Made by a program: the position numbers and the translations under genes
The notes under the pieces: generated by a model
What the model saw: the letters and a program-made list of their open reading frames with translations, nothing else
Told to the model about the DNA's origin: nothing
Databases searched by the model: none
Shown: piece after piece, positions 59,534 through 64,000 of the stretch
How the letters are laid out: each line of letters opens with the position of its first letter
Numbering within the stretch: position 1 is the first letter of the stretch
Source of the DNA: Atractiella rhizophila
Lineage: Eukaryota
Assembly: GCA_021432655.1 (NCBI GenBank)
Contig: MU271310.1
Coordinates: forward strand, 1-64,000
DNA: 64,000 bases
Direction: 5' to 3'

Positions 59534-61990
59534 CGTCAAAGAATTGTTTGTGCGTATTTGTCCCTCCTTCCAACTGAACTGAAACAGATCAGATGAAAGA
59601 AAACGAAGAGAAGAAGAGATAACCGAGCAGACGTACCTTGGCAGAGCATAGAAACTGGAAGAAAGACTGAAATAGAGATGCGCTTTCTAGAAGCGGTAGA
59701 CGGCATGTGTGCAGCGTCAAGAGCGTATTACCCCTTCTGGGTTCAAGGAGCTCAGCACCTGGCATAAATGTCTTAGCAGTAGAAACTGACCAGTGAGTGA
59801 AGGAATAGTCCTCAACAAGTACTCAACGAACGTGAACTTGTCATACATGCTCAATGAAGTGGAAAGCAGATTGGACGGATTCCTTGCCAGTGGCTGGGAA
59901 TGAGGATTTTCCACGAATTTTGGCAGTGAGCCTCTAGACTGGAAAGAACAATAGCAGCTTTTAGATAGCCGTGGCGACAATGAACTATTGACACGAGACC
60001 ATCGACTGTCTGACCTTGGAACATTTGAACTCCAGTGAAAACAAAACTAATTCGGATCTATAATGCACGTGCAACTGAAATTTAATCGTTGAATGCGTAC
60101 GAACAAGTTATCGAAGCCGTTGTTCATGGGTGCTCATGAAAGTCCCAGATAACTTTTAGCACTAAGTCGACACCCCTCCAGAATCTCTCACAAATGGACT
60201 TTGCTACTGTCCACACGATCTGGGCTGGGTCCTGGATGGTGAACTTTTTCTACAACCGAGTTCGACACCTCCATAGTAAACTCTCTCAGACGTGGGATGG
60301 CTACTGGCATGTAAACTCAGACTGACTTTCCTGTGAAGGGAAGGCTGATTTGCCGAGAAATAGGCAGCAAGATTTCGCTCATTCATTTGTTCGCCACATG
60401 ATAAAAGTGCCATCGTTTGGGGATTGCAAACTACAAAACTCAAGGATGCCTAGGCAGAGGAAAGGATGAGGAATACATCAGAGATGCACAGAAGGCGATG
60501 GGGTGTAACATCGCATGTGGCGTTACAATGATGATATAATGGTTTGCCTCTATGATCAATGGAACCTGCTCGTTTAATATTGTCCATAGACCAAAGCTCG
60601 TGTCTCCCAACAGGCTGCAACGTTCTACGTTCAATCTAAGTCATATTATTTGCCTCCAACTTTTGGACTTCCACACAACTGGTCTTGTTCTCCGATTATC
60701 AAAATAACAAATTGAAGAGGTAGAAAGTAACCTCATTGTTTTAGTATTTTAAAGACTTGCTTGCTTTGAGGGTACGCAGTCACAGGAATATGTAGAGAAT
60801 CCATCTAAGTCACTAGCAAGCATCAACAAGAGAATATGGAATGTCTAATTTACGGACATCAGCTGGCGACTTGGGGGATCTAGAAGAACGCCCTAGCAAG
60901 TTCATTCCATCCACTCCCATCATTCATGTTTCCTATGTTGGTCTTTATCTGCACAAAAGCAGGAACTTGCCAGAAAGCAATTTTAAGGCATTTCATGCCA
61001 CCCATGTCCTTAATAAAGCAGTTACAAACCGACGATAACCTCGTGGTTTTGCTACGTCCTCAGGCAAGGGAGTTAAGACTTAAATATGTTGAGCCAGCAC
61101 GCGATGGGCAATGGTCAGACAGCGCAGGATTCCCTCGAATGCGACCTGCTCTTTATTTGCCCCCTTATTTGCCCCCCTTGGCTACGGCATATTTATGCCA
61201 TAGCGCCTACGCACGAACACAGCGTTCAAGACCCATTCAAGCAGCAATGGTGCCTTGGACACCAGACTTCGCCAAGGCAGAAGTGTGACTGCAATGACAT
61301 CTATTGATGCTCCTGAGAGCAAGCTAGCCAACAGTTTCGAAAACGGGCCCCAATATCCTTCGTAACTCGGAAGGAATGTCTCACACAATCAAAATGCTCA
61401 TCACACATTCACACCCACGCTCGCAAACAGCAAAACGACCCCAAACCCAGCTGTCAAGCTTGCAACAGCGGCGTATCCCATCTCGCTCACCGGGACAGAC
61501 GTCCGCGCTTTTGAGAGGCTGTCCATTCATCAACATAAAGTTAGCAAGCATGTATGATGACGTAGAGGGATGGGACAGACGTAGTAGAATAGAAGCCAAA
61601 ACCAAAAGCAAGAGCGAGGAGGATGGCGGAGAGGACTGGGAGGGTGGATTCCGCTACCGGAGGAGAGAACGAAGGTGCTTTGGGGAGGACTGACTGTCTC
61701 CGTCGTTGTCAGTGATATTCCTTCGCAAAAATGAAATAAATAGGAAAAGAATAAGATATATTTATAGAAAATAAAGCTGAAAGGAAGAAGAAACTCACAG
61801 AGAAAGAAGAATAACTCGCACTCATGGTTGTCTACGTGTCACGTGTGAGGGAGACGCATATGAGTCATGAGACAAAGGGTTGGATGGTGACAAAGAAACC
61901 ACGAAAACAACTTTTTCTCCTCCCAAAAGACGCGTCTTTTCTGCTCGTTCCATATTTTCTTTGCGTAAAAGCTACGTATCAACATCCACC

Positions 61991-63484
61991 ATGTCCAACA
62001 AACGACCCGCATTTTCAGATCTTTCGAACTCGCCCAGCAAAGCCTCGTTCTCGCCGCGAACCAAGAGACCACGAGTCGAGGGCAAGGTGCTCGATTTTGG
62101 GCTGGATTCCAGCTTTCACGATGGCATTGCGCAAAAGTGCGAACAGGAGCTTCGAGGTAGAGAGACGGAGAACGAGCTTTTGAGCCAGTTTATTCGTTCT
62201 TCGTCACCCTTCGACGAAGAGACTCAAATTGCATTGAAGCAGGATTCAGCTCTGTATACAGGTTTGGGCCCCTTCGTTCTCCTTTTACCCATCAATTCTT
62301 TCTATTATTAACCTAAAAGTGATGCTGTGATAGATATGGATCCTCTCACGACGGCTGGGACAACCTTGGACGCGTATTCTTTCCCTGCTCGTCACATTTC
62401 GATCAGTGCGGGAGCCGATCTCTCGCTGAGTGGAGAGAGCTCCTTTGACTCCTCCATCTTTGATCTCAGCTCCAGTTCCTTCTTGTCCATGCCCACCGCT
62501 GCAAGGTCCGTCTCGCCGTTGCAACTTTTCCATCCATCACCTGTGCACGAGCCAGAGACAGAAGCTTATCACACTCCCTCCCTCATGCGCGCTTTGCATG
62601 GATCGGAGTACTACTACGGCAGCCAATCCCTCCCTCCCCCTCAAAGGGAGAGAGAGATGAGAGAGTTCTCACGCGAACCCACTGCTTTTTCACTCGCGTC
62701 TTTGCCCTCTCCTTTTCCCTACCCCAAATCCTTACGTCCAGCCGCCATTGATCTGGACCAAGAGAAAGAGGCGTCTATCAGAGAGTGGATGCGCACCGAT
62801 TCCTCGAATTCTTTTATGCCGGAGTCGCCAAGTGCAAGAGCTACGGGAGAAAGCATTCGCAAGGAGGGAAGTGGAGTTGGTGGTAGGAGGAGCGCAAGTG
62901 GAAGGAGTACGAACTTCCTGACCGACCCATCGCATTTGGGAATCGAAAATACCTCAGCTAGTCGAGATGGTCCCACTGTTCGCTCTTCCCAGATGATACC
63001 AAGGCGACAGTCGTTGAGAAGGAAGACGAAAGATATACGGGCTATCAACCTTAAAGGGCTCGAAGCGCAGCCATTGTTAGAACCTTTCCTACCTGCTTCA
63101 GCTGCTCCGACGCCTATAACCACGCCTATGCCAATCCCCCTCTCGGCGTATCAATCAACGATGTCGACGGTCAACACTAGCACCACCACTATCGGCACTA
63201 CCAGCACTAGCGCTTCCTCTCTCCCTGCAGGATGCGAAGGCCTCTATGTTGCTACCACGCTACCCTCGCCGCGGACGGTGGTTAGATCTTCGATTGCCTC
63301 CCTCCAAGGATTATTGGACAGAGACGCGCTCGATAAAGTGCGAAGGACAGATTATGCATTGAAAAGGATAGTAGGAGCGGCGAGAGCTCTGGAGGTTGCG
63401 GTGGAGGAGAAGGAGAAGAGAGTAGGGTTTTGTAGAAGGAATGAGACCATGGTGATAAAGAACCAGAAGAAGGCAAAAAAGTGA
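61991..63484 (+). CDS. Hypothetical Ser/Pro-rich protein with an N-terminal D-box-like motif (one intron at ~62262-62333)
   Basis: CACC-ATG start, MSNKRPAFSDLSNSPSK; 385-aa second-exon ORF. Confidence 0.7.
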
Positions 63485-64000
63485 AGGTGTGGCGCATTCT
63501 TGGTTTTTGTTGCTTTTTTCTTTGATTCGCTTTGTTGCGTACGACTGGTGTTCTTCGAGCTTCCCTTATGAATCAGTTAATCACTGAGTCTGTATCTGTT
63601 TACCTCGCGTTCAGTTGGTTATCCCTCATTTCATGTTCAGTATTCAGTATCCAGTTAGCAGTATTTGAGCAACCTTCTGTTTGTTGATTATTCATTATTC
63701 CTGTAGAAAATATAGATTTATGCACACCATGTTACCTATCATGCGTTTCAAAGAGACTGTGCCTCTGCTACTGTGGTTCCTGTCATTAAATACAGCAGAG
63801 GACCAAGTGAGGATTTGGGAGTTGTGAACCCTAGTGTCGGTGATCCTTGGAAGCCAAATCAGTTGAGGACTACGCTTACTCCCTCTTACTCAGTTGTTGA
63901 GGCTGCTCGCGCTTGTTCAAGGAGCAAAAACTAACTACCATTCCTTTTTCTGGACGTATCATTTCAACTATCACAGGATTCCACTTGTTGAAAATGAAAA

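Noticed and set aside
59700..61800. Short ORFs in a 2-kb intergenic stretch
   Set aside because: No coherent exon chain or recognisable motif; cannot support a gene call.
1..64000. Prokaryotic-type systems (CRISPR, operons), intact transposons, tRNA or rRNA genes
   Set aside because: The DNA is eukaryotic and intron-rich; I saw no repeat-spacer arrays, transposase or RT motifs, LTRs/TIRs or tRNA A/B-box cloverleafs, but no covariance-model search could be run.

Overview
Eukaryotic, intron-rich fungal genomic DNA with short (~50 nt) GT/GC-AG introns and CTAAC-like branch sites. Gene content and style suggest a basidiomycete; that lineage call is inference. About 25-28 protein-coding genes are present: 3' end of NIC96, CHS7, two APC-family permeases (one MUP1-like), a MORG1/WDR83-like WD40 protein, a FYVE protein, septin CDC11, a UBA-UIM pseudo-USP, a Mei2-like RRM protein, a BRCT protein, a HECT-only TOM1/HUWE1-like ligase, VPS38/UVRAG, a FAM72-like protein, choline-phosphate cytidylyltransferase, TYW3, a CofD/YvcK-family protein, two intronless F-box/LRR genes, a type I membrane protein, a possible Mediator Med2/29-like protein, a Puf4/Mpt5-like Pumilio protein, an RRN11-like protein, a METTL21-family methyltransferase and several orphans. 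I recognised no rRNA, tRNA, snRNA, CRISPR array or intact transposon. The most notable observations are a 3-nt septin micro-exon, a stand-alone HECT gene with its catalytic Cys on a 13-nt exon, a catalytically dead USP, two alternative TATA-preceded first exons for the Pumilio gene, frequent GC-AG introns and a long intergenic hairpin. Several anomalies (two frameshifts, a 229-bp duplication, a T-depleted tract, an N gap) may be assembly errors. Exon boundaries were derived by eye; gene spans include introns.
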